Positions 1 through 13,469 of a DNA stretch of 64,000 nt are shown here, piece after piece. How positions within the stretch are numbered: the stretch's first letter is position 1; each line of letters starts with the position of its first letter. Below the pieces are notes generated by a model. The model had not been told where the DNA came from. It searched no databases and saw only the letters and a program-made list of their open reading frames with translations. Source of the DNA: Mytilus californianus. Lineage: Eukaryota. Location: the NCBI RefSeq assembly GCF_021869535.1, contig NW_026262637.1:26412001-26476000 (forward strand), given 5' to 3'. Position numbers and translations under genes: made by a program.

Positions 1-651
1 AACAATATTAATTAACAAAGTAACAAAAGGTTATTACGATTGCTTTAATAAAATGTTATATTAGAAATAAATGTAATCTCCTGTTTGCTCTACTTTGAAT
101 TTGATTCAATAGTTATGTCATTACATCAGGTTAAAAATCAATTATGTTTTCAAAAAACATTTCCATATAAAAATGTAATGTCTGATAAATAAAGGATAAT
201 ATCCACTGTTCCTTATTTCACAACATAGCTTAAGATAGTTATTTTCTTATTTTCATAATCTAAAATCTCATAGGTTTTTTGCAAGTTACAATTTCTTTCT
301 TTCTTAAAGTCTATTAAATAAATCCTCATATATATATACCAAACTAGATTCAGTTAATTAGAATATGCCTGGTAAATCCCAGCCGAAAAAAATTGGCACA
401 AAATGAATCAAGAATGCCTTTAAAAAGTCATACAATGATGTTTTATACTGTTATAAATGACAGAATTGATGATAAATAACAAATTGATGATAATTGGACT
501 TTCAAAACATACAAGTTAATCATTGATTTTGTAATGTCTTGTATATCCTGCCGTATTAAGACAGACTTAATATATGCCACCTGCACTTTACAATACTATA
601 ACAATATGTATTACAAATTTATCAGTTAAAACACCTAAGCATTAACCAAGG

Positions 652-3600
652 TCATCCTCTAGCATCAGCTACACCAGAGGGCACCTCTATTTCCCAACCG
701 TCCATTTCCTTAGTTACTATCACCTGGCAACCTAACCTTGACCTGAAAATACAATAAGTCATCAGTTGAATGTCTTTTATTTCAATTGCATTCTTTGTTA
801 AATACTTTAATTTGCATTTGTAGACTGATATCTGAAATAACTGATCCTTTTTATTCATATCAACTCTGTCAGACCAGACCATATTTTAGAGTATGTTGCC
901 CTATGATGTTTTTTTTTTTACTATAAATTATACATTGTATAAGCTATAGATATATTTTAAATTTCTTAATGTCGTGGAGGTTGCTCTGTGGTATGATTTC
1001 TATCTTTGTTAAAGACAGTATATTGACTTCTAATTGCTATGTATCAAAATCAAACATGTCAAATTGGCTGTTTTGGATGTGCTGTTCTTTCTTTAACAAA
1101 TTATTCATTTGTTTTTGCATAGAGTAGATTTTTAAAAAAGACAAAATGTGCCATGTGTAAGGTTACTTTGCCTGAAGTAGTTGGAAACTTTGTCATGATT
1201 TTGATTATATTCTTTTCCTTGTATATTATATTATAAACTTAACATGAAGATTCTCCACATTTTCTTTCTCTGTAATCAATTTTTAAACTGGAAGTGATAT
1301 CTTACATGACATTATGGAATTAGTCATCAATAACATTCCATAAACAACATAACAATAACATTCGATGAACACCATACAACATTTTAGTACTGACCATGTT
1401 TGTTATTAATATCTACACTTACGTATCACTTAAACCAAAAGCTAGATCCAACATGTCAAGTTCTTCGTCTGTAGGTTTTTCATGGATTTGATCGTATTGA
1501 TCTGGCTTGAAGATTAAATGACAAGTAGAGCACGCCAGGGTTCCCTCACAAGCACCTGTTCATAAATTGATTTTTGCAAATAAATAGTGACAAATAAGTC
1601 TGACAACTGATAATTGTTATTGTAAATGGTGTGATTTTGATATGAAGGCTTATTGTTACTGATGTAGTAAGATCATGTCATGATTTGTTTTCCATTCTAT
1701 AGAGCATTAATTTGTCAATAAAGTGATGTTTTTTTATCCATGTATAAAATATTCTCAGTATCCCAGTGTCCATTTCATTGTATCATTTCTATTCCATTAT
1801 CATTTGGTTACAAGGAATAAAAAATCTGATTAGACTTTGACAAATTGCCCCTCTGAATGTCAGAAGTTGTCATAACTCTTTAAAAGTCTAATTGACCAAT
1901 GGGTCTTTAAATAAAAGTGACTTATTGTATGAACCTTTGTCCTAGCAATAAATTTTCCATTAAATGGTAGAAATTTCAAATAATTGATTAACTGATGGTG
2001 TTTAACGCCACTTTCAGCACACATGACAATAATATCATGGCTACAAGTTTTTAAGGAAGTCAGAATAAATGGAAAGAATATGGACCTTCAACATTAAATA
2101 AATGACTGAACATAATTCCTGAAAAGATTATACAATTTAAAATTCTCAAAGTGGTTAAATTTCATATTTAATCTATAGTAATATATAAATTTTTAGCTTT
2201 CATCATACATGTTTATGGTTTCCAATTTTTTAAAATAAGTTATTTCATGTATTTGAATGTACAACATGTATAATTAAATTATGTACAAACCAAATCCATC
2301 CACATCAATATCATTATCTATAATGATATCTAGTAGATTATCACCAACTTTGGCTATAGCTGTATGTTCTGAACCATCAGTTAACTTGAAGCAAAGTGAC
2401 ACTCTGAAAATATAAAATTTAACCACTTATTCATACTAAATATTTAAATACCTTCTAATTCTATATCATTATCTATAGCCACATCCAGAAAGTTGCTGCC
2501 CACGCCAGCATTTACTGTTATACGGTCCCCATCTCTATCCACAAAGTATAAACAAATTCTGTAAAAAAACAAGGATATATGGGTTCATGGTTCCACACAA
2601 TCTCTCATTAATAATCAAAAGGATTGGAACAGTAAAAAATTTTGCCAAAATTAAGTTTTCAGACTTTTTCCCTGATCAGGCAACACTGAGCATTTACCTT
2701 GAACTTGTTACAATTTTGAAAGAAAATCAATAATCACCTGATTGCATTTTATAGCTATGGGCAACAATTGACTAGTTAATAAAGGTGTTGATTGTTTTGT
2801 TTAATGAAATTGTGTGGTTAAATGGCATCACATGTCACCTAAAGGATTTATTTACAACTTTGATAGAAATAAATGTTTTGAAGTGGGTACTTCACAATTG
2901 TTGTTTATAGACGCATGTGTTTGAAGCATAGTTTTTTTCTTTTAACGATGGTCCGAAAACGAAAACTGTTATTATGACGAAAACTGTTCAAAAGTAAGAC
3001 AGATATCCGACTTTAAACTTTATCCTTTTACTTTGATAGCAATAACTGTTCTGAAGAGGGTACTGTACAATCGTTTTAGCGACGCACGTGTTTGAAGCAT
3101 AGTTTTATGTCTCGACTTTTTCTATTGACGATGGTCAGGAAAAGAAAACTGTTGTCATGAAGAAATGTATTCAAAAGTTTGAAAAATCTCTTGACTTTAG
3201 TCTTTATTCTTCATTTAGACGGGAAGCAAGGGTCCTGAAATGGTCATATTTGCCAGTCATGACCGAAACAGAAAGCTATTTGTCCTAAACGACAGATTGG
3301 GATTTAGGACAAATTTTATTTTTTTACAGAAATAATTTCTGCCATTTCGTTGAGATCGGGTTTCTTAATCACCATTTTGCACTTGTTTTTGTTTTGATAT
3401 CCCTTTCCTGAAAAAAAAACTGCCACTCCAGTATAGTATGATAATCCTGAGGGCCCTCCTAATAACTATGTTAATGCCTCTGGGAAATATTGGCTAATGA
3501 TCGCTAATCACTTTTTACCTGTGTTTTTAATTCACACCTGACATTGATCACCATCTCAGAACTAATATCATAATGAAATTAAAATTCCATGGCAACTGTC

Positions 3601-6325
3601 TTCATTATTTAATTACTTTTCAGCAAAGACAATCTTCAATTCTGATTTAAAAATCAAAACTTTAATAATTTAATTTACGTAGAAAATAGTAATTTTTCAC
3701 AAGTTACACATGTGCTTTATTTGCTATGTAATATGCATGCGTGAAATTGTCTTCAGCAGATTAGACACTTAATCGTAAAATGCAAAAAAATTTCATGCTT
3801 AAAAAAACAAGTGGAACTATTATCTGTGAAATTTAAACACTTGTAAAGGTAATAAAATTAAAAAGCTGGTGATTTCCTGTCAATTTAATAAACAAAACGA
3901 ATCCACTCGTACTTGAGTATCGTCCAAAAACATACGGTTTTAATTTCGTCTTCAAAATCGAAAGAAACGTTAGCGATGTCTGAGAAATTTACCATTTCCA
4001 GTCATTAATATCATTTTAATTTTAAACTGTTCTTTTATGTTTTAAGAAAAATGGTAGGAAAATTCATGAAGTAAATGTGATAAAACAGTCAATACAAGTT
4101 CGTTGATGCTATGAATCTAGTATGATTTCAACAATTTTTTTGAAAAAAGGGCACCAACTTTAAGTTATCTCAAAATGACTGAAATTGTGTGTAAAAATTT
4201 CTGGATCCTTGACGAGAAGTATCGGATACTTATTGAAGATGAATTCCTTGTTCGTAGAAGTCAAAAATTGTGATTTCATGATCTATATTGCAATTTTACA
4301 GTATCTTTTAATAAAATGCTCCACTGGGGCGCAGCTTGATACGACCAGAGGTCGAACCCTGAACAGTTGGAGCAAGTATAGACACAACATTCAAGCTTGA
4401 TACAGCACTGAATTTGGATTGTAATTAAATATTTGACACAGCATAGGTTTCTGACACATAATGAATGTGGTCTAAGAACTTAAAAAATTTTAATTTACCT
4501 ATTCAAACCATATCATTATTATTTGCTTTTATATATAATTCAGAAATAACCAATTTAAAATGGAAAATTTTACAGAAAAAAATGAAAAAAAAAATCCACC
4601 CCCCAAATTTTTTGAACCCCCTTATGATTCATCACCCCCAAACTCAATCCCAGCCTTCCCTTTGTGGTATGGTACCTTGCAGTACAATTTCAGAGAGATC
4701 CATACACTTGAACACAAGTTATTGTCTGGAAACTAGAAAAATGCTTATTTTTTGTCCCTTTTTGGCCCCTCATTCCTACAATTTTGAGGCAATTACCCCC
4801 AAAATCAATCCCAGCATTCCCTTTGTGATATGGAACCTTGTGGTACAATGTCAGAGAGATCCATACACTTACACACAAGTTATTGTCATGAAACTAGAAA
4901 AATGCTTGTTTTTTTGCCCCTTTTTTGGCCCATAATTCCTTAAATTTGGAGGCAATTACCCCCAAAATCAATCCCAGCATTCCCTTTGTGATATGGAACC
5001 TTGTGGTACAATGTCAGAGAGATCCATACACTAACACACAAGTTATGTCTGGAAGTTACAAAAATGCTTATTTTTGGCCCCTTCTTGGCCCCTAATTCCT
5101 TAAATGTTGGTACCATAACCCCCAAAATCAATCCCCACCTTCCTTTTGTGGTATTGAACCTTATGGTAAAATTTCATAGAGATCCATTCACTTAAACTAA
5201 AGTTAGAGTGCGAAAACCAATGTGTCTTCGGACGACGACGTCATACCAATATACGACGTATAAAAAGTAAATGTTTGTTATTATTGAGTGTCTGTTTATA
5301 ACAAGGTACATGTAGATTAAAGAAAAAAATAAGAATTATAATAGACAACAATGTGGCAAACTGATGTTTTTTTTGTTGGAAAGAATTATAAACGTAAAAT
5401 ATGTTTATTTCACATGTTGGCGAAAAAAAAATTGAAAGTGCCGAAAGCTATGTTATGGCGAAAGAGGTGGCGAAACAAAAAATTGAGCCAGGGGAAACCC
5501 TGGTAGTATATCTATGCATTTTAATAAAATTGAGAATGGAAATGGGGAATGTGTCAAAGAGACAACAACCCGACCACAGAACAGACAACAGCAGAAGGCC
5601 ACCAACAGGTCTTCAATAAGTCTATTATAATTCTGTATAGAATGGCTCTCATTTCATGTAGAATTGTTTTTACAATTTATACTTGTTAAGAGATGAGACT
5701 ATAATAAAACATTTAATTGAATTGAATTGTAATCAGGGCGAACAGACCTGATACCTCTTAATACAGAGGGATTAAATCATTATTATTTGAATGGCGAGTT
5801 GGCAGGCCTAAAGTTTCTGGGGGAATCAATTTCTTTTCATTAGTGGGGTGAGTTGGCAGAAAATGGGGCAAGTTTGAAGAAAGTTAGGGCAAGTTGGTCT
5901 GGGGCGATTTGGCAATGGAGCAAGTTCTCATGGATTCTCAATAAAATAATACATTATAAATAATATTTTATTGTTATTAACACAAATAAACCAATTTTAG
6001 CCCATCAGACTCATCCAGACTTTTACAGACTCTTCAGTATGACACCTTTAGCCTAACCATACACATTTTGAACCAATGTTTTGGAATTCTAAAATCGTCA
6101 AAGGTTCAGATAGGGATTACGCAATGTCAGCGAATGAACCCTGGTCGGCAAGTGAACTTACGTTTCTTTCTTTGGTTTAGGAACCGATGCTGAAAATTTT
6201 TGAACAGACATTACTTTCGGAACATTTCTTCTTTTCGCACATATCGGAACTGTTAATGATCGACCAATACATAAGGCAAATTTAGGAATTAAGCACACTG
6301 GTCTTCTCAACCCTGACAGAGACAT
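652..6325 (-). CDS. FDX1: Mitochondrial adrenodoxin-type [2Fe-2S] ferredoxin, spliced; two isoforms of about 164 and 166 aa
   Basis: Exons (minus): 6325-6162 (basic presequence [16 protein letters not shown]...PKPKKE, donor AC|GTAAGT, phase 2); alternative exon 2558-2452 or 2403-2291 (phase 2 to 1); 1555-1423 ([16 protein letters not shown]...[17 protein letters not shown] acceptor, GTAAGT donor, phase 2); 742-652 ([30 protein letters not shown]). The C-x5-C-x2-C...C cluster motif and the [12 protein letters not shown] segment match adrenodoxin/FDX1. Confidence 0.95.
2291..2403 (-). CDS. Ferredoxin alternative exon B, FDX1-like ([38 protein letters not shown])
   Basis: Acceptor atattttcag|A, donor G|gtttgt; 113 nt = 1+111+1; open frame; KVGDNLLD...DVDGFG resembles FDX1 KVGDSLLD...DIDGFG. 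Confidence 0.9.
2452..2558 (-). CDS. Ferredoxin alternative exon A, FDX2/Yah1/MFDX-like ([36 protein letters not shown])
   Basis: Acceptor tttttttacag|A, donor G|gtattt; 107 nt = 1+105+1; open frame; homologous to exon B. Confidence 0.88.
2857..3240. repeat. Diverged local tandem duplication (about 175-190 bp, slightly over 2 copies) in ferredoxin intron 1
   Basis: actttgatag...gaag(t/a)gggtac...gacgca(t/c)gtgtttgaagcatagtttt...acgatggtc...gaaaactgtt occurs at 2857 and again at 3030. Confidence 0.75.
4320..5268. mobile_element. Non-autonomous element with an internal ~161-bp tandem array (pearl/MgE/HINE-like architecture)
   Basis: Units start at 4640, 4801, 4964 and 5124 (caaaatcaatcccagcattccctttgtg...); terminal GAC microrepeat and palindrome TATACGACGTATA followed by an A run near 5250-5268; left boundary approximate. 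Confidence 0.65.
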
Positions 6326-6786
6326 CGTCGAAGTGAAATTATCTGGTTCCAATATCATTACCATGAATAGGCTAAGATAGGGACAACAGTAGAACAAACC
6401 AGTCGTTATGTTGATACAAATGACAGAATCCCGTACAAAACGAATAATTATCTAAATATATCAGTTTATCTTCTGAATCACTCAAAAATTTCATATTATA
6501 ACCATAAAAGAAAAAATATTTAACTTGCATAGAATTTTTAAAAAAATGATTGTGTAACAATGTTTCTTGAATAATTTCACATTACTGTTATTGTGGATTG
6601 TAAATCATTCAATACCTTGGTTGCATAATACTGATAAGTAATCAGGTGTTAGTCCATTTTCAATTTTATACATTAGAATTGATTGTAGGCATTTTACTCT
6701 TTCTGTAAAGGAAAGCCATTTTAAAGGAGAAAACATAAAATTTGACGTTGGTATGTATATAAATGAATTGATGAATCAACACTTAC

Positions 6787-6830
6787 CTGACGTGTAGTGA
6801 ATTGCCATAAAAAGTATTCTGTACTCTGAA
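6787..6830 (-). other. Candidate non-coding 5' exon of the ferredoxin gene (5' limit uncertain)
   Basis: Strong donor CAG|GTAAGT at 6787/6786 and a ttag| acceptor at 6372/6371 upstream of the presequence exon. Confidence 0.4.
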
Positions 6831-7873
6831 TATTTAAAAAAGATTTTGTTAGCCATAGTTAATGTACATAAAGGGAACGATACCAATTGGTTATTCGAAA
6901 ACTGTAAGTCTCAGAAAAAAACAAACTATTAAAACTGTGGCAAAATGAAAAGACAAACAACAGTTACAAAACATTACATAGAAAATTTAAAGAGTACGGT
7001 AGTTCTGGGAACAGTATATCTATATATATGTTCCTGGGTAGTTATAATAGTATTACTCTGCTATATTTCATCCTATTTGCGAGTCGGCTAATAATCCTGT
7101 CTTGGTAATGCATACCGGGGTAGTAAATCACATAACTGCCTACTGTGAACCTTGTCGGAACATAGTATGGCGAAGAGATGGAGGGAAGGAGTTTCACTCC
7201 ATTTTCTTAAAAATCCATATCAAGGATAGTGATGGATGTTACCCAGAGAATATTATGTTCAGTGCATGCTACGTTTAATGTCAAGTGTCGAAAGAATATA
7301 GGCATTACGACTGATGACGAATTAAGGCTTTAGTTTTTCGCCCCTTATATCCATCTCTGAATATTTTTCCAGTCAATTTTTTGCGAGAGTTCCCCAATTT
7401 ATCTTACATTTTTGAGAAGATTAGTACAATTTTGAACTGAGATGTTAGCTTTGTAAGTTATTGGATGAAATATTTGCAGCTGCAAACGTACTGAGTTTGA
7501 TTTATATAGTCAGTATGGGGTTTATTGAATCCTGACAATTATTCAACTATTTAATAGGAATAATTCTTATTCTTTATATATGTTTTAACTCGATAGTAAT
7601 CCACATTGGAACTGTAAGCGTATCACAATTTTGTTTTAAGTTTTGCTTACTAAGAGTAATGTTACTCTCCGATAAATAACACCTTACGATTTTCTAAATT
7701 TGAGACTATAGCATAATAATTTAATTTTGGATGTAACACGTCTTCTGATTGGCTGAAAGTGTTTTGTCTATCAGCTCATAAACATAATTTTGTCATGTGA
7801 CCGTGACGTCACCAACGTTTTTTTTTTTAAATTTACTCCTTAAAAATGGAATTTAGAATTAAATTATAACTTG

Positions 7874-7984
7874 AGGAATGACTGTAATATTTTTTCTGTC
7901 TATTCGAAATAACCTAAAAAAATGTGGTGCACACTTTTAAATAACCATTTCTTCATAGACAGAAAAAATATTACAGTCATTCCT
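7874..7984. mobile_element. Foldback end of a common non-autonomous element
   Basis: Perfect 30-bp inverted repeat: aggaatgactgtaatattttttctgtctat (7874-7903) with 7955-7984. Confidence 0.8.
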
Positions 7985-8450
7985 TAAATGTGTTTTCTCT
8001 TGCATTGTATCCTGCTGATAACGAAAACAATGCTTTAAATAAAAACATATATTTTCCTTATACCTAACACATTATATATATTTTCCCTTTGTAGCAATAT
8101 AATGCGTTTATTCCTTATCGGTTGTTGCTAAACAGAAAAGAAAAATGACGATTACGGTCTGTAAATTTTTTCTCTAGTGAGAGGATAGCTTCAACAACAG
8201 TTAATTAAACTTTTCATATGAATTTTCACTAGTGAGCATCAATGTTTCAAAATAAATTTGTACAATCCATTACCCAAAAGATTGAATTCTACTGCTATTT
8301 CCCCACTTTTGAACAGTAATGTATGGGCTGTGTATTCGATCAAGTGACCTTCGTGGATTTTAACGATCAGAGATACATTTTCTTTATGAATTCACCATTA
8401 CAGTTTAGAGTTGAGAGTTATGATTTGGAGGAAAGGTCACTTGCATGAAT

Positions 8451-9195
8451 TAATCAAAGTATTGAAGTACTAAACATCGGATGACCGCAAGTTCTGGTGG
8501 ATGGTCACAAACACTTGTCTCAGAAAAAAAATCACATATCTATCCCTGAAAGTTAAGGTACATAGATATATTTTTTCTGAGACAAGTTCCTGTGTGGATG
8601 ATGAATAAAGACAGGGAATTCAACCTCACCGTAATAATTATTATATTGTAGTGATATAATCATTTGTTACAAGTATACTCGGGTTTGTTGTTATAGTAAT
8701 ATTTGTATACCAGTTATATATATAGCAGATCATCTTAATGACTCTACAGGCAAATTTTCATCCATTTATATATCATTCTATTCTAATATGCTAATGATAG
8801 TGCAGTGCAAGTGCATGGTGGACACTCTTCTGTAATAATTCGTTTTTCTTATAGATTGGATTTGAGTAGGCATTCATATTTTCCCGTTTTTGTTGCAAAA
8901 CGTTCTCGAGATATTCTTCCGCATGCGTTAACACAATTTTTCGGTATCCATGATTTGTTATTGATATATATATTTCTCACGACAAAACATTTTCATACAT
9001 TTATCTATGTCAAAGTCTTAAAAATTATGAATATTGATTGATGAAATTAAAATATAACAAGCGATAAGGACTGCTATTTTGCACTCGATAATAAAATTAT
9101 CCGCGAAATTATACAAAATACGTTCGGTTATCAGTCAAACGGCAAGGAAATTTCTCTGGCAACATAACACCGGTATGACCTCTCAAGGTTCAATG
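8451..9195 (+). mobile_element. Interspersed ~750-bp repeat, copy 1 (copy 2 inverted at about 35600-36376)
   Basis: Colinear similarity along the length to the reverse complement of 35600-36376; 17-bp perfect hairpin stem 8513-8529/8571-8587. Confidence 0.8.
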
Positions 9196-10299
9196 ATATT
9201 AGATCTGAGACCTTGATACGCTGGACGTTTTAAAATGAAATGTAGCTCATCCTCAATGTCATCCTTTCAAAAACTACAGTTAATTTCTTTTGAAAATTTC
9301 AAAGTAACGTCCACATTCTATAGCTAGATTATGACTACTAAAGTCTTATTTTTGGTAATGCATGTCTTATAAATTACTGCTATTGGTTTACATAAGTAAT
9401 ATTGTAAACAAAAATTGTGAACCATATATCTAAAACTTGAACATTTAACTAAAGTACTCATTTGGCTATCAATATATTGCTTCAGATAATCAAGCAGTTT
9501 AAAAGTAAAAAGCACAGGAGAGCTTATTGTGCATAAAATAACCTCGATTATACAATATATCACCTAAACCTATAATAAGCAGCTCATTAAAAAAAACAAT
9601 TTGTCTTATTAGTTGGCCGTTTTTGTAAATCATCATATAAAACACAATACCAGTTCTTCAAAATGCAGTTTGCGGTACATACCAGCTTAAACCAGTATTT
9701 AAAAATAAAATATACATTCTATGGTGTGCAATAATGGCAACTGCCTAGCTCATAATACATCTTGACATTACAAGTAGAGATTTTTACTTTCACAATATTT
9801 TTACTATAGCTCAGATGTATCTTCTCTAAACAATTTATTGTAATGAATATCTTGATATGTATTCTATGTAATAAATATGAGAAGAGCAATTCTAAATTAT
9901 ATAGTGTGTGTCCAATGCATTTGTCTTGCAGTTATGATAATAAATAGGTTTAAACTAACTGAACTGTAAACCTACGAAATGACTAACGATCCTTATAAGA
10001 TGTAATAAAATGACTAATTTCAACAGAAAAGGTAAATAATGGTTGAAGAAAAACGCGACAGAATTTGAGAAATCGGTGACACATTAACGACAGGAGTTCG
10101 AAACAGTCAAAACTGTTTTTTTCTTTTGATGTTTCTATTGCTTTCAATCGAATGAAACAAATCCATTCTCAATGACCATTGAACATTCTTGTTTTATTCA
10201 GTTTGTTGTATTGGTCTATTGTTATACCATTGTCCATGTTTCAATTGTCGTAACTACAATCTCGTTCTCTTTTGCTGGATAGTGACATCACCGAATTGA

Positions 10300-10555
10300 T
10301 ACTAACCGTGAGCAACATGACGGTCTGTCTACCCTTCCGGAGCACTTGAAATCGACCCCGGTTTTTACTGAGGTTTGTGATACATAGGTTTTAGTTTTCT
10401 ATGTAGTGTTTAGTAAACTTGTATGTCTTTTATTTGTTTTATTTTTTGTAACGGCGTTGTCAGTTTCCCTTCTACTTCTGAGTTTTTGTAACGGCGTTGT
10501 CAGTTTATCTTCTACTTCTGAGTTTTGAATGTCACCTTGGTATTTTACGTCTGTT
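10300..10555 (+). repeat. Abundant bivalve interspersed repeat (gagcaaca..acccttccggagcac family)
   Basis: Similar to copies at 48299-48640, about 60880-61085 and about 61300-61460; contains a small internal duplication (tgtaacggcgttgtcagttt x2). Confidence 0.7.
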
Positions 10556-13469
10556 TTGTTGTTGTCAGGTTATGATAAGTTTATTATACTCTCGCTATGA
10601 AAGGAAATCTTTAATGTTTGGCGCTTTCTTCGTAAATTCACAAGAAAATGTTCTCAATAAATAGTTATAATGCTAAATAAAAATACCATATATAATGCTA
10701 TCATTTTCTTCTTAAAATAAAAATCGTTGAGAACAAACAATAGGCAATAATTTATGTAAAACCATAAAAAAAATCGATTGAAATGCAGCAAAGATTATTT
10801 GAATTTAAGTCACTAAGCAATCGGACCACATTCCAATTAATAAACATCGAGACTTTCGCCATCTTATGTACAAAATATACGACTCTTGTTTCAAAATAAC
10901 TTTTAAATCAGTATGTTTACCTACATAAATTTAGGCAACAGTAGTTTACCGATTTTCAAATCTACTTAATCGATTAAGAAGATACAAATCAAGATATCAC
11001 TCAAAACTAGGCCGGGAACTTTGCCTGAACTCCTAAAGGAGCGAGACCTAATGCGTCGACAGGATGAGCGTCTCCTGTTATGTATGCATCATCTGTCATG
11101 CGAAATCACACTCAGTCAAAATATCACAATCGGGAGAAGAACATACTCTGTAAAAATAACAGATCGGTTTTTTGGTATCTTGAGATCCAATATCGCGAAA
11201 ACATGTCGGTAGTGAATTGAGACACATACACAACTTTTTGGTCGACTAATTCGTGCGGTTGACCGTAAAACTTATTTATAGTGTCAATTTCAATCGTTCT
11301 TCATCATAACTGTTGGAGCAGCTTTTATGTAAGGAGCACAACTCTGTTCACGAAGTCTATATAGTGTGGACATGCACGTAACGTATTAATTGAGTGAGTT
11401 ATATGTTATACGATTAGACATCTCTAGGGTATGCTACTGCTGATAAGTGGGAAAACGACAATTGAAATCAACACGTTTGTCATTGATTCTAGTTAGAAGT
11501 CGCCCGTTTGTGTCAACATTGAGGAAAAATCAAGATATGAAGGCGACCTTCTTTCGGTAGTATAATTAAACTCAGGTTCACTAGGAGTTATGAGATGCAA
11601 TCACTCACTGAAATGTGGGTTATTGAGTGACAGGACATCATCAATATATTTTAAAGTGAAATGGAAAAAAATTACAAGATTCTTTGTCTTTTTGTTTTCG
11701 AGAATGTTCTGTACGAATTCTGGTCCTTTTGAATACAAAACAAGTCGACCAACATGGGTGCACAAAAAGTACCCTTTGGCAATATACTACTGACTTTCTC
11801 ATTTTTATCATAGGAATAGAGTTACTTTTCTTTTGTTCATGCGTCACACTGCATAACTTATGTGTATGTCCCAAGCCAAGAACTTAAAGTCCAAGGATGT
11901 CTTTATGTTCCTAGTATTGTTAATTTTATTCTTTGTTTTATATATTAAGCTACATAAAAATTGTTAACATCTCATTAATAGATTTAGAAGATACAAATCA
12001 TGGTAACAAACAAAAAATTATGGAATCATGCGAACTCCAAAAGGAGAGGTTTGAGTGAATCGGGATTACCCCCACTAATTTCGACCAACCCCGACACATT
12101 TTTTTATGTTACTGTACTATGCTAAGATCACTGCATTTTATTTCATTTCAAAACACAGATTGGTTCCTTTGAATGCCTCAATAACAGCCTTCGGGTAAAA
12201 TTAGTTTGATTTTGATTTTCTTTTTCTTGGTTTCAACATGTCATTTTGATCTTTGATATCAGACATGTAAACATTTTGTCAGTTGAATCCTTGCACACTG
12301 CATGATTTTTTCAGCTTTTAAATTTTTTTTTTGCTTGTTTTCTTATTACATCTATGCCTGAGATTTTAAATATATACTGACATTTAATATTCACACATGA
12401 ATTACTTCATATGATATATGCTATTGTTTGTTTGATTAATGCATCTACTCTATTCATCATTCATTATATATTTACATGCATTTTCCTGCCCACGTAAAGT
12501 CATGTAATACAATACTTTATTATATTTTATCAAATATCTTAAACGGCTTTAAGAATAAAATATTCTACTATATTTTTCTTAAACTTATTCAGTACAATAA
12601 AACCACAATTTCATATTATAAACCAATATACAACGGATACAATCTTTGAAAAAAGCAACGTAATCGATGATCTGAAATCCTAGTAACCTTTAAACAGCGA
12701 ATGTGTCCATTTTTTAAAATTTGGACAGACGCAAATTCATTGTTACTCAATCAATGTTTAATAAACATAAACAATCCGTATATGCATTTAAAACATTTTT
12801 TTTTCATCTAAAGTTTTGCCCAATCGCAGAATATTTACACTTCATTTCTCTCGATTTGAAGCAAAATGTGATTATTCTATCATCAACTTGTCACTCAGTT
12901 GCCTTTATTGTAAGGTGACTACTCTTTGCGGCATCTTAGTTACTAATTACTTTAAACAAGCGACTTGATGTATTTAGAAGAATTACAAGGTTAACCAAGA
13001 GCAAACTTGAGGAGAAAGCAGTTTAATTACTTTATTGGTAACCCGTAACATTTTAAATGAAACATTCAAATTTAATGAACCTAAACATCATGCATGATAC
13101 TAACAAAAATGAGCTGTTCATATACATCAATTACCACAAATTCATTTTAATCTATCATTGTTACAAATTGTCTAATCCATCTCTGTTTCTCGTTTCAATG
13201 TACCTCTGACGTTTCAAAAGTTACTTAATTACATTTTCACCTTTGTTGCGTTACTGTAAAACAACTATTAAATACAAAGCCAATAAAATATATGAATGTG
13301 AAATTTTGTCTAAAACTTTTAAGCAACAACGTTTTCAAAGAGTACGCTTAAGGTGGAGGAGTTTTCCCTCCGACACAAATGTGATCTTTATTAAGATACC
13401 GAGTGATTAAATACAGATTCTTATTCAGAATTCAAGTTACTTTACTGAATAGTTGGTGTTTACTTATAG

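Noticed and set aside
2691-2760. AAG|GTAAAT donor at 2698 as the upstream ferredoxin exon
   Set aside because: In-frame stop nine codons upstream and no acceptor; the exon at 6162-6325 fits the phase and encodes a presequence.
4465-5195. Several ORFs with repeated peptides
   Set aside because: Translations of the 161-bp tandem array.
6990-7620. GC-enriched stretch with a faint resemblance to an SGNH esterase (YYPGMHYQD...YSRVILL) on the minus strand
   Set aside because: Multiple stops and similarity too weak to support a call without a search.
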